Source of the DNA: Tetramitus jugosus
Lineage: Eukaryota > Protista > Heterolobosea
Assembly (NCBI GenBank): GCA_937625935.1
Contig: OW569394.1
Location: forward strand, 186,001-250,000
Direction of reading: 5' to 3'
Length of the DNA: 64,000 nucleotides
The translations under genes and the position numbers were made by a program. A model generated the notes under the pieces. It was not told the DNA's origin. It made no database searches and worked only from the letters and a program-made list of their open reading frames with translations. Positions 48,435-58,894 of the stretch are shown here, one piece after another (within the stretch, counting starts at the first letter, position 1; every line of letters begins with the position of its first letter).

Positions 48435-51400
48435 TCATTCACTCTTAAGTTTTATTGCATCCAATTCTGTTGTTATTTCTTTAAATGATGGTCGTTTGGT
48501 TGCATCTGCATCCCAACACCTTGTGGCGAGAGAGTAAAAATCTTGCACAATAGAAGGAATGTCAGATGAAGCAATGTTCATTGTGTTGCTCTGTGAGAAG
48601 AAATGCAAGAGTGCTTGAGGATCATTCGATGGCGTGAAAGGCCTTAATCCTCTCACAATATCCAATCCAAGTGTGAACACTGATGAGTATGAATGTTGTG
48701 AGTAAGGAGCAGCCAATGTGAACAATTCATGCATGACAATACCAAAACTGTAAATGTCACACGATTCATCATGCTCTTGATGTGACAAGAGTTCTGGAGC
48801 ACAGTACTCGATTGTACCATACGACTTCCCAATCGTAAACGAAGTATCAGTACTCTTGCTCAATCCAAAGTCACATATTCTGACATGGTAATTGTCACCT
48901 AACAAAATATTCTGAGGTTTCAAGTCTCTGTGAACAATTCGAGGACTTCTTCCATGCAAGTAAGCCATTGTATCTGCTATCTGAGTTAAGATGTTCATCT
49001 TCTGATCAAAGTCTTTGAGTGATTGGTTTCCCTTGTGAAGTACCTTGTCCAAACTTCCATGCATAGCATATTCAGTGATCAAAAACTTGTCTCCACTATC
49101 ATTGGAAGAATATCCATATAAATAGAGGATATTAGGGTGGCGTAAACTCTGAAGAATTGACACTTCCTTGACAAATGATTCATCATCCGAAACTTTCATC
49201 TTTTTCACAGCCACAGAGTTGCTCTTCCATTCTCCTTTGAATACAACGCCGAATGCTCCTTCAGAAATACGGCTTATCAATTTGATTTCTGTCATATCAA
49301 TGAAGAAATCTCCCCTGTCAAAGGAAGTATCCTCATATTCACCCATTTCTTCCAACAAACATGCACGAAGTTCTGATTTCATTCTTTCTTTCCTTCTCTG
49401 TCTTCTGATTTGCAACCCAATTACAACAGCTGTAACAAAGATAGACAGACACATAATCGCTCCTAAAACTGGTAACGTCCAAAGGGGTTTTAAGTTAGAG
49501 GAGCATGTATCACCCTGATATCCATAATTACACGCACATTGATTTGGTCTTTGACATGTTCCATGTGAAGAACAAACTTTTTGATCGACACTTGAATATC
49601 CATGACAAAGAGGATAGGAGCAGTTCATGCCGGTGAATCCTTCTTGGCAGTCACATGTATCCAAATCAATGCATAATCCATTTCCAGAACAGACTCTTCT
49701 ATCCTCGGATTCCGTATCATAGCAGTTGAAGAGTTGACAATCTTGACCGTAGTAGCCTCGCTCACACGCGACTCCAAGAAATCCCATTGAATCGGCACCA
49801 ACAAATAAACTAGTTATATCTTGTTTGGAATCAACTTTGTTCATACGGACCCAAGATGAATAGTTACGTTTAAAATCCCAGTAACCTAATTTTCGATCGC
49901 TAGTTAAAGCAAGCATATAATCATCATTCACTGCAAATTGAGACACAATCTTCCCATTCAGCAGTCCATTCATACTCACTTGAACAGGCATCTTTTCAAA
50001 TGGTATTGGAGCACCAAAATCAGTTAAACCCCAAGAATATATTTGGCCCTCACTTGTCAACACTGTCGTATGACAGTCTCCCGCTGTCAGATGTGTTATA
50101 TTTTTGTTCTTCAAAGTGGTATTCATTGCAACTTCTTTTGGGCACATGATGTATCTGTCTCTTTCGATCGTAGGGAGGTCACATCGATTCGAACCCCAGG
50201 CATAGAGTGTTCCTTCGCTCGTCAATGCTACTGTGTGGTAAGAACTAGCTGCCATTTGCACAACTGTCTTTCCTTCCATGCTTCCCTTGACCAAGACTGG
50301 AGATTTTCGATCTTGTGTCGTTCCATCTCCCAGTGCACCCGAATTTCGTCCCCAAGCGTAGACCATACCATCACTTGCGATCGCAACAACATGGAAACCC
50401 CCTGCAGAAACTGTTGTAATTGTCTTGTTACTCAATACACCACCCATGAAAACGGCCACTGGTTGATGTCGTTCTTGGAATGAATCATCACCTAGTTGAC
50501 CTCTTCCATTTGTTCCCCAAGAATACAAGGCTCCATCTTCAGCTCTGACAACTGTAAAGGAGACACCTACAGTGCTTTGGGAAATGGTCCTATCATTCAT
50601 AATCCCACTTCTATCAATCATCACGGGGTATGGTTTTGGGACCTTCGTGCCATCCCCAATCTCTCCTGCTTCATTCAAGCCCCAAGCATAAATATTTCCA
50701 TCTCTTGTCAATGCAACAAAGTGATCTGATCCCCACGCTCTCGTTTTTGCTACTATACTAGTTATGATCTTTCCTTTCAATGCGCCATTCATCCCAATTG
50801 CCACAGCATTGGAACTCTCTTCTTTGACTCCATTTCCTAACTGTCCTTCTTCATTCTTTCCCCATGAATAGCCCTTCCCTTTACTTGTCAGTACTATCGT
50901 ATGAGCTTCACCTGCCACTATGTGAGTGATTGAATTAGTCATGTTCATGAAGTGATTGACCTCGAGAAGAGCAGGAGCTATGTGTCCTTTTAACGTACTA
51001 TCAAGTTGACCTTCAAGGTTTCTACCCCAACCATACAATAGGCCATCACTCGTCAAAGCTAGAGTATGATATGCTCCAGCTGCAATTCTCACCACAGTTT
51101 TTCCAGATAACTCACCACTCATGTCGACTGCAACTGGCTCAAGACTCTCAGAAAAGGAAGGATTACCCAACTGGCCATAATGATTCGCACCCCAAGCAAA
51201 AATCTTTGAGTCATTTGTGAGCATCACTGTGTGAAAATGTCCAACCGAAATTTGAGTGACGATACTTCCCTCTTGCAAAATATTGCTCAGGTCAATAGCC
51301 ATCGGAGTTGGTGCTTCCAATACCTCTCCATCCATTAAAATGTTGACTCCCCAAAAATACACTGTGCCATCACTCGTTAACGCAACTGAATGGTAAAAAC

Positions 51401-52103
51401 TGGCAGCTATTTGGATGACAACTTTACCATCCAACTCACTCATATCGACAGCAACAGGTACAATTGCATTCGTTATGGTTCCATCTCCCAGTTTTCCTTC
51501 GTCATTTTCACCCCATGCAAACATCCTGCCATCTCTTGTCAATACGAGTGAATGAGTACCACCTGTTGCCATCCGAGTAATCACTCTACCACTCAACACA
51601 CCATCCATTTTAACCGGTACAGGAGTGTGTCTATTGGTCGTTGTTCCATCCCCCAATTGGCCAAATTTGTTTTCGCCCCAGGCATACAACGTTCCATCCC
51701 TTCTCAACATTAAATTGAATTTTTGGCCGCATGACAATTGGGACACTAGAGGATCACTTGTCTGGGAATATACAGGATTGGGCAGCATCTTACTGATCGT
51801 TGTACCGTCTCCCAGTTGGCTCACATCGTTCAGACCCCACATGAAAACAGTGCCTTCATTGTCGACTGCTCCAGAGTGTGATTGCCCTGCGCAAATCATC
51901 GTTAAATTGACTTTTCGAAAGAATGAACTTACGAGATCTGTGGGCTTGGCCTCTGGGGTGTTTGTCACAGTGCTTGCTTTGGTCCATGAGTAAACAACAG
52001 ATGAAGCCACCCTTTTTTTTGGTTGTGATCCGTCTGCAGCAGTGGATTGGATCAGCAAGCTCAACAGGAGGCATGATAAGAAGAACAAGAGACCTCGAAT
52101 CAT
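48435..52103 (-). CDS. Receptor-like TKL kinase: signal peptide, ~13 RCC1 repeats (about 2 propellers), EGF-like repeats, TM, kinase
   Basis: MIRGLLFFLSCLLLSLLIQSTAA signal peptide (ATG 52103); WGxNxxGQLG repeats; CSGNGLC/CSSHGTC EGF-like repeats; TM LPVLGAIMCLSIFVTAVVIGL followed by RRQRRK; EGAFGVV, VAVKK, HRDLKPQN, DFG and GTIEYCAPE all intact. Confidence 0.93.
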   Translation of the reverse strand: MIRGLLFFLSCLLLSLLIQSTAADGSQPKKRVASSVVYSWTKASTVTNTPEAKPTDLVSSFFRKVNLTMICAGQSHSGAVDNEGTVFMWGLNDVSQLGDGTTISKMLPNPVYSQTSDPLVSQLSCGQKFNLMLRRDGTLYAWGENKFGQLGDGTTTNRHTPVPVKMDGVLSGRVITRMATGGTHSLVLTRDGRMFAWGENDEGKLGDGTITNAIVPVAVDMSELDGKVVIQIAASFYHSVALTSDGTVYFWGVNILMDGEVLEAPTPMAIDLSNILQEGSIVTQISVGHFHTVMLTNDSKIFAWGANHYGQLGNPSFSESLEPVAVDMSGELSGKTVVRIAAGAYHTLALTSDGLLYGWGRNLEGQLDSTLKGHIAPALLEVNHFMNMTNSITHIVAGEAHTIVLTSKGKGYSWGKNEEGQLGNGVKEESSNAVAIGMNGALKGKIITSIVAKTRAWGSDHFVALTRDGNIYAWGLNEAGEIGDGTKVPKPYPVMIDRSGIMNDRTISQSTVGVSFTVVRAEDGALYSWGTNGRGQLGDDSFQERHQPVAVFMGGVLSNKTITTVSAGGFHVVAIASDGMVYAWGRNSGALGDGTTQDRKSPVLVKGSMEGKTVVQMAASSYHTVALTSEGTLYAWGSNRCDLPTIERDRYIMCPKEVAMNTTLKNKNITHLTAGDCHTTVLTSEGQIYSWGLTDFGAPIPFEKMPVQVSMNGLLNGKIVSQFAVNDDYMLALTSDRKLGYWDFKRNYSSWVRMNKVDSKQDITSLFVGADSMGFLGVACERGYYGQDCQLFNCYDTESEDRRVCSGNGLCIDLDTCDCQEGFTGMNCSYPLCHGYSSVDQKVCSSHGTCQRPNQCACNYGYQGDTCSSNLKPLWTLPVLGAIMCLSIFVTAVVIGLQIRRQRRKERMKSELRACLLEEMGEYEDTSFDRGDFFIDMTEIKLISRISEGAFGVVFKGEWKSNSVAVKKMKVSDDESFVKEVSILQSLRHPNILYLYGYSSNDSGDKFLITEYAMHGSLDKVLHKGNQSLKDFDQKMNILTQIADTMAYLHGRSPRIVHRDLKPQNILLGDNYHVRICDFGLSKSTDTSFTIGKSYGTIEYCAPELLSHQEHDESCDIYSFGIVMHELFTLAAPYSQHSYSSVFTLGLDIVRGLRPFTPSNDPQALLHFFSQSNTMNIASSDIPSIVQDFYSLATRCWDADATKRPSFKEITTELDAIKLKSE

Positions 52104-52227
52104 GTTCCAATTGCAATTTCTTTTCTCTTCCAATTTCGCGAAAACAATTTCGCGCATGTAATCTTAGCTTAAGAGGGATCCCGACGTTCGTAAATCCTCC
52201 AAAAAAACATCGAAGTTTGGTTGTTCA

Positions 52228-53480
52228 GTGGACTACGCTTCCTTTTTGCCACTTTCTCTCCAAAAGAACTGCCTCTACTTGCACCATACCTGGCCAGTGT
52301 TTCCTCGAGAACATCAGTCAATAGATCCCCATGCGGAAGAACACCAACCCATTGTTAAGAAACTGAAGCCCTATTTAACAAAAGATGTAATTGACAACGG
52401 GCAGATACCCCGTCTCAACCGGTTCTTAATTGCAATTCAATCATATGGAAAGAATTTACGTCAATCTGGCTGGATATTCCTTTGTCGTTGTGCTCCTTTG
52501 CATGCCTCACCTCAAGTAGGTTGTCTGGGCAGTTGATGTCAATTTACTATTGATAGTCGAATATTCCATTTTATCATACGACCCATCGTCACCTGAGTGA
52601 ACGGGAGCTCCGCTTTGACCTGAAGTTCTATTCTCATCGCGACCATTACCTACCAGCCATTAAAGCAGGCAAGGAAGGTCGGTTCGACATACAACTATTG
52701 TCAGGCTGGGTGGCGCAAAGTGACTGCTTCTGCTTTGATAAAATACTCTAGTTGGACATTGCTCGCCTAGAACTTAAGCCAGTGTATTGTGCCCAAGTAA
52801 ATCAAGGGTTGACTGAAACAAAAGGAGGAACTCTATTGATTTCATCTTCTCTCTTTTTCGAGCTTCTTAATGATGCCGAGCAAGGTTGGTCATTGGTTCA
52901 ACGTTTAAACATTGATGGGATTCCCTTCCACTATGACGGTTGCCTTAACTGGGATGATGTTAGCACTGAAGTCATCGATTTTTTGCTTGATAACCAGATG
53001 CCTTTCAACGAATGTTGTGGAGTTTTATTATTTAGGAGCAGATCCGGCAGGGGGTTTGCTTACACACTTTCACGAATGAAGTATGCATCCGCAATGACAA
53101 GCATGACATCCTGGCAGACCCAATTTCTCTTTGATTTTGTCAGACACCTCGTCGGTGACCGACAATCCTCACCAATACAACTCTGGCGAAACATGATCCT
53201 GCCGGTGGATCACCATTGTTGAGAAAGTGCTCCACGGGGTCAATGTACACTCTTTATTCCTTCTTTTTCGAGATATACCCCAAGAGTAGAGAACTAGTTG
53301 GAACCGCGGCAATGGGCAAAACACCCCACAGCCTTTTACCACTTGGGTGAGGCAAGGAAGACTTCCTTCGAGGAGATAAGCGATCTCGCTTTCAGACAAA
53401 CCAGTCACCCGACCTTATCTGCCAACCCTCAAAACTATCATGACGAGCAAACAGCTGAACTACAGTTCATGAGCTTTTGA
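52228..53480 (+). pseudogene. Possible degraded gene of unknown family (chain of short + strand ORF fragments)
   Basis: Successive non-ATG ORFs 52228-52536, 52752-53222 and 53298-53480 have globular-looking composition but are interrupted by stops and frameshifts. Confidence 0.3.
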
Positions 53481-53776
53481 ACCAATGAGGTTTCACCAAA
53501 AGGGAAGTAAACAGAAATGTTGTGAAACATCACCCAGACTCACTGCAAGTCATCGAGTTGTCCTCTACCGCTCTCCCATCCAAGGGGCGATCATGGTCTT
53601 GGAAATGTCAGTGGTGAATAGGCTCCTTGTCAGTCTGATCTCAAAGTGTCATCGACGTCCATGAGTGACGACGATGTCAGAGCATCGATGAGGAATGTGA
53701 TGAAAACCAACGATCCGGGTTCATCGCTGCGACCATCACGTTGCAGGAGAAACCTATTTGGTACCCGCCCATCAAC

Positions 53777-53838
53777 CACGTGGTGACGTTGACGTCGTAG
53801 GATCTTGTTTTGTCCTCCCTGATCGCTGACGTCACGTG
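53777..53838. promoter_or_regulatory. Cluster of ACGT-core (CRE/G-box/E-box-like) motifs
   Basis: cacgtg 53777, tgacgt 53784, tgacgtc 53790, and overlapping tgacgtca/cacgtg 53827-53838, ~120-180 nt upstream of ATG 53954. Confidence 0.35.
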
Positions 53839-53953
53839 CTACTTCTCCCTTAAAAACACTTGAAGGACCGTCACAAAAATTGAGAATTCACTTGATAAAC
53901 AAAACAACTCAAACACAACTCCCACTATAGAATAACAATACAAGATAATAACA

Positions 53954-54697
53954 ATGAGCACCGAGACTGAAAATTCCCCATCTCCATCCAAAGATCTCAC
54001 TTCTGAAGAGAAGGCCCACTTTCAATACATTGAAACCTTGTTCCAATTGCTAAGACAAAAACACCCCGACCTGATCAAAAACCTTATTCTGAGGGAGGTT
54101 GAGTTCTTTTCTCAAGAAGATGACATGAACTGCCTTGAGATGCTAGAATCGATCCGAAAAGGTGCTTCTGTTCGTGAACCAATGCTCATCACTGATCCAC
54201 GGGACTCAACTTCACTGTTACCATCGGCTATTCAGTATTTGGAGAATACTGGTACCATTTCAAACTATTTGAATGAGCAATCCTCACAGATTAGAATCAA
54301 TAGTTTGACTGATGAGCTATTAAATTATAAACGACTCCCAAAGAGAAGAAGAAGCGAAATGGAAGATGAAGATGAATCTCTGGCTGTACAACCGGAAAAG
54401 AAGAAATCAAAGGAAGTGTTCTATGTCCAGGCATTCGTGGAGAATGAACGCGTGGATGATTTAGTCACCAGGAAACAAATTTCAAACATTTCTGAACGAT
54501 GCTGTCGACAGGAGAAGTGCGATAGTTACGAGAAGGAAACAGGTGTGGACGCTTATGTCATTATTACGGACGAAGGTGAGATTAGCCGTCTTGTGCGTAC
54601 TTATCCCACCATTTCCAATCAATTCAATACTAACAATTCAAAGGAATTGAAATTGTATCACAAGGACTACTATTTGTGGTGCACTGAACAAATTTAA
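53954..54697 (+). CDS. Hypothetical protein (247 aa)
   Basis: Intact ATG ORF after an A/C-rich leader; basic NLS-like KRLPKRRR and KKKSK. Confidence 0.7.
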   Translation: MSTETENSPSPSKDLTSEEKAHFQYIETLFQLLRQKHPDLIKNLILREVEFFSQEDDMNCLEMLESIRKGASVREPMLITDPRDSTSLLPSAIQYLENTGTISNYLNEQSSQIRINSLTDELLNYKRLPKRRRSEMEDEDESLAVQPEKKKSKEVFYVQAFVENERVDDLVTRKQISNISERCCRQEKCDSYEKETGVDAYVIITDEGEISRLVRTYPTISNQFNTNNSKELKLYHKDYYLWCTEQI

Positions 54698-54829
54698 AGG
54701 ATTCCCAAAGAATACACTCACGGATTCTACACTGTAACTTTACCATAAATGAATTTTATCTTTTTACATCCATCTCATCATCCAAAGTAAAAGTCAAGTG
54801 TTTGCATAGAGTTTCAGATATTGTCAGTT

Positions 54830-57800
54830 TTATTGCAAGGAGCACGAGCGGTCACTCGGTCTCGATACGATACTGTCCGTCATATCATCCTCTGTCGTCG
54901 TATCCACAAAATTGGTGAAATCAAAGACTGAGACTTGACCACCCATGGAACTGGTCATAAGCACATTCTGGTTGCAGTCGATACTCGTCATTTGCGATGA
55001 TTTGAATTCCTGGAGAGCATTGTGCATCATGTGATTGATAAACTTGCCGGATTGAGCATCCATGAGCTTGATGGCACCGGATGAACTGCCGGACACAATC
55101 TTGAGTCCATCGAATTGAAGACCACGGATAGCACCAGAGGAACTCAGATTCAACGAGTATTGTTTCTTGCTCTGATCCAAGAAGCGAATATCGAACACAT
55201 CAACGATACCACCACCGTTGCCAGTGACGAGATTGTTGCCAAAGAATTGAACTTCATTGATGGATGATTGCATGTCAATGTAACTCATGACAGCACCGTT
55301 GCTCGAATCAATTCTCATGTCCCAGATGCGAACAGCACCGTCGAAACCACCCGTGGCAAAACACTGCTCGTGGAATGCTCTCTTGTCATGAGTAATGGCA
55401 TACACGGCTCCCTGGTGACAATTATTGTAGCTCTTCAGTTTCGTGTTGCTCGTGAGATCCCATAAATCGACACAGGATTGACCAGCTGATCCCATGGTTG
55501 TTCCATTGAGTATTTGAAGGTCCCAAATCTCAGATGCGCATGTGATGCGATTGATGGGTTCACCAGACAACACATCCCAGAAAATGATGCACTTGTCAGC
55601 AGATCCACTCACCAACACACGCTTATCAAACTGGAGATTGAAATCCAAGCAGGACACACCTTTCTGATGCCCTGAAAACGTGCAAATCAACTCCTTCTTC
55701 AGTGGACGATCATCACTCAGACCGATACCATAAATATCAAATGCCTTCATTGTTCCATCTTCACCGGCCGTAATCGTCAATGAATGCATTCCATAGTCGT
55801 CGTCATACTTGAAATGATCGACAAATGGTTTGGCTTTGCTAACGGATCGATTTCCCTTATCAATCAAATTCTTCCGTCTCTGCTTATGGTGCCTATAAAT
55901 GTGCTTGAGATAGTGCTGAGAGATGCGATGACCCATGAAGAAGTGAATGCCGTTAATGGACGAACCACCGTGCAGCAGGAACGATGCGTACTTGTACTTT
56001 CCAACGTGCCAATTACGTTCGAGCTTGGACCGAACTGTGAACCCTTCGCGCAAACTACCAAAATCACGTTCGATACTGTCTTGAATCGCCTGTGTCAAAT
56101 CCATTTTCCACACATTTTCAAACAAGATTTTCCACAGGATGCCCTTATTGGAGTTGAACAGATTGAACCAACGAGTACAGACTTGAGAACAAATGGCTAC
56201 TTCGACTTCTGTAAAGTACGAAAAGATGAGAATGTAGATCTCGTCTGGTATTCGCCTAGAAACCAGAGTTCTTCTGCGATAGTCATCACAATCACCACCA
56301 TCGCTCTCACTTCGATTTCTGCTCCTAGGATCAGCAAAGCTTACCATACCACCACCAATAGCACCAACGCCACCTACACCACCATTGACATTTAGTAGAA
56401 TGGACGATGGAGATGTGGGAGATGACAACGTAGGAGACAACAACAACTGGGACAATGACGAAGATGACGATGGAGACAAGTGCGTGCCCAACAATGGTGG
56501 TGGTGAAGAAGACAATGTTCTCCTCATTGGACTCACATGGAAGAAATCTTGCAACAATTGTGAAGCAGTGGGACGATCTCTTGGATCGTGCTGCAACGTC
56601 ACGAGGATCCAATCAATGACACGATCCGAGAATTTCATGCATCGAATGGCATCCACCATTTTTTGTTGTTCCTTTGGATGAGACATGACATAGGAGTAGT
56701 CACATCGAATGAGACTTGTGAGCTCACAAGCTACGCATCCCACACCCCAAATATCAATCTTTTCATCATACGATCGTTTCATAAGCCTCTCCGCCGCGGC
56801 CGTAGATGATTTCACCGTTGTCGGAGAAAATATAGTTTTCATTTCAGGTGCCATAAAGCACATGGTACCAGCCATGGAGGATGCATGAGTCGAATGATTA
56901 AGGTCCAGAATACGTGCCATACCCAAATCACCAATCTTGATATTCAACCATTCATCACTCAAAAAAATATTCTCCGGTTTCACGTCTCGATGAATAATTT
57001 TCTTCTTTTTCAATTGATTTTCACTCCCATTACCACCACCAGAACCACCATAATAAGAATTTTCATATTCTTGATGATAAAAATGGTCATCTTGACCATC
57101 ACTATTGTGCATAAAAGCCAATCCTTCACAAATTTGTTGCATCCACCTCCAAAATAACTCTTCTGTAATCATCATGACTTGTTTCTTATTCTGACTATTC
57201 TGACTATTATTGTTATTCATATTTTGATTTAATAATTTTTGTCGTTCAATCATATTTTTTAATGTTCCATGAGAACAATATTCAAGAACGAGACACAATG
57301 ACCATGTTTCATTCATTGGTAATGGACATTCACTACTATTTCCACTCATATTATTATTAATATTATTATTACCATTACCATTACCATTCATATATTCATT
57401 ATCATAATTATTATGATGATGATGATGATGATCAAAATCATTCAATTGATGATTATGACACTCAAAATCATCATTATTATTGTTATGATCCAAAATATGG
57501 TTCATTAATTGAGAATTATTTTGAGAGTCCAATGAACGACTCATTCCAGTTTCACTCTTGTGTCGACGAAGACTTGTTTTTCGATGATTTTGATGATTTT
57601 GATTGTTTGATGATGATGATGATGAAGAGGATCGATTAGGAAGATGAAGATTTAAATTTTCAAGTATACTATTACTACTACTACTACTATTGTTACTACC
57701 ATGAGAATTTCTCTTGTTTGAATTTTTATGGTTGGATGATATCAATGAAGAAGGTGATGTTAAAGAGCTATTATTATTATTGTTATTATTGTTGTTATTA

Positions 57801-58267
57801 TTGTTATTATTGTTATTATTGTGATGAGATAATCCTAATTTGGTCAGTTTTAAGAGTGACCATGTTGTTGATGTAGTTGTTGTGGTAGTTGTTGTAGGTG
57901 GTGGTGGTGTTGGAGGTACTTCCAATATAGTTGATGTTGATTGATGATGATGAAAATTATTAGTTGAAGATGATTGAAGGTGATGAACGTTTCGATCAAT
58001 GAAAAATTCGTGGCATTTGATGATGCGATAGTGGTGTAGCTGAGAGACAGCTTGAGCTTCTTTGAGAGCTTGATTGAGTTGTTTGAGTGTGGTGACTGGC
58101 ACTTTTTTGAGTGCATAGTACACTGTAGCTATGGATGATACAGGTGGTGGTGATTCACCATCGTCATTCAAGTGATGGTCATGGTGGTGAGAGCCAACAC
58201 GTGTCGCCCTGTAGACGCGACCCATCCCGCCTTTTCCAATTGTTCCGACAATTCGATAATTTTCCAT
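54830..58267 (-). CDS. NEK-like protein kinase - F-box - WD40 fusion (1145 aa)
   Basis: GKGGMG, YALKK, HRDVKPENIFL, IKIGDLGMARIL, GTMCFMAPE; F-box IPDEIYILIFSYF..CSQVCTRW; WD40 repeats (GHQKGVSCL..SGSADKCIIFWD, TGGFDGAVRIWD). Confidence 0.92.
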   Translation of the reverse strand: MENYRIVGTIGKGGMGRVYRATRVGSHHHDHHLNDDGESPPPVSSIATVYYALKKVPVTTLKQLNQALKEAQAVSQLHHYRIIKCHEFFIDRNVHHLQSSSTNNFHHHQSTSTILEVPPTPPPPTTTTTTTTSTTWSLLKLTKLGLSHHNNNNNNNNNNNNNNNNNSSLTSPSSLISSNHKNSNKRNSHGSNNSSSSSNSILENLNLHLPNRSSSSSSSSNNQNHQNHRKTSLRRHKSETGMSRSLDSQNNSQLMNHILDHNNNNDDFECHNHQLNDFDHHHHHHNNYDNEYMNGNGNGNNNINNNMSGNSSECPLPMNETWSLCLVLEYCSHGTLKNMIERQKLLNQNMNNNNSQNSQNKKQVMMITEELFWRWMQQICEGLAFMHNSDGQDDHFYHQEYENSYYGGSGGGNGSENQLKKKKIIHRDVKPENIFLSDEWLNIKIGDLGMARILDLNHSTHASSMAGTMCFMAPEMKTIFSPTTVKSSTAAAERLMKRSYDEKIDIWGVGCVACELTSLIRCDYSYVMSHPKEQQKMVDAIRCMKFSDRVIDWILVTLQHDPRDRPTASQLLQDFFHVSPMRRTLSSSPPPLLGTHLSPSSSSSLSQLLLSPTLSSPTSPSSILLNVNGGVGGVGAIGGGMVSFADPRSRNRSESDGGDCDDYRRRTLVSRRIPDEIYILIFSYFTEVEVAICSQVCTRWFNLFNSNKGILWKILFENVWKMDLTQAIQDSIERDFGSLREGFTVRSKLERNWHVGKYKYASFLLHGGSSINGIHFFMGHRISQHYLKHIYRHHKQRRKNLIDKGNRSVSKAKPFVDHFKYDDDYGMHSLTITAGEDGTMKAFDIYGIGLSDDRPLKKELICTFSGHQKGVSCLDFNLQFDKRVLVSGSADKCIIFWDVLSGEPINRITCASEIWDLQILNGTTMGSAGQSCVDLWDLTSNTKLKSYNNCHQGAVYAITHDKRAFHEQCFATGGFDGAVRIWDMRIDSSNGAVMSYIDMQSSINEVQFFGNNLVTGNGGGIVDVFDIRFLDQSKKQYSLNLSSSGAIRGLQFDGLKIVSGSSSGAIKLMDAQSGKFINHMMHNALQEFKSSQMTSIDCNQNVLMTSSMGGQVSVFDFTNFVDTTTEDDMTDSIVSRPSDRSCSLQ
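57771..57820 (-). repeat. Coding (AAT/AAC)n poly-Asn microsatellite inside the kinase insert
   Basis: ttattattattgttatta... on the + strand, giving an N-run in the ORF translation. Confidence 0.85.
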
Positions 58268-58894
58268 TTTGATTTAGGGACAAGTGGGACAATGCGCGGC
58301 GCTTTGAATTCAAAAAAAAATACCTTGATTCAAATGTTGTTGTTATTGTTGAGTAACAATGATTGACTGTTGTGCAGTGTCGAGCGCAAATGTTTTTGTT
58401 TTGGGACTGAAACAAAGGGTCTGATTTTTTTGTTTTTCTGGATTCGATGTGTTTTTTGACTGACTTGTCAAGTGTCAAGGATTAACCCGATTTTGCCGAC
58501 ATGGCATTTACGATTGCTTTTGTATGTTGGGATAATAGTTTTGTATGAGATCTGTTGTATCTCAAAACACATTCATATGACCCAAAAAAAGAGAAAAATC
58601 TTGCATGCTTCACTGTGCACCACAAGAAACACTGAGAACAACCAAAAAGCAAGCTCTTTGCTACCAAGAACCAAAAAACCAAAGCTTCTTGTGGAAGACA
58701 CAATTGATCAGAGTTGGATCAATAGTTCATACACTTTTGATTGGTTTCAAAGCTTAAATGTACCATTTTTATTTAAAAGGAATTTTAAGAATTTTCTCAG
58801 AAATGCATGTATTGTATCAAACTAACTGATTTGTTCTTTTCAATTAAAGAGCTCTCTTTTCGAAAAGAATGAGAGCTACAATAGAGAACACTCG

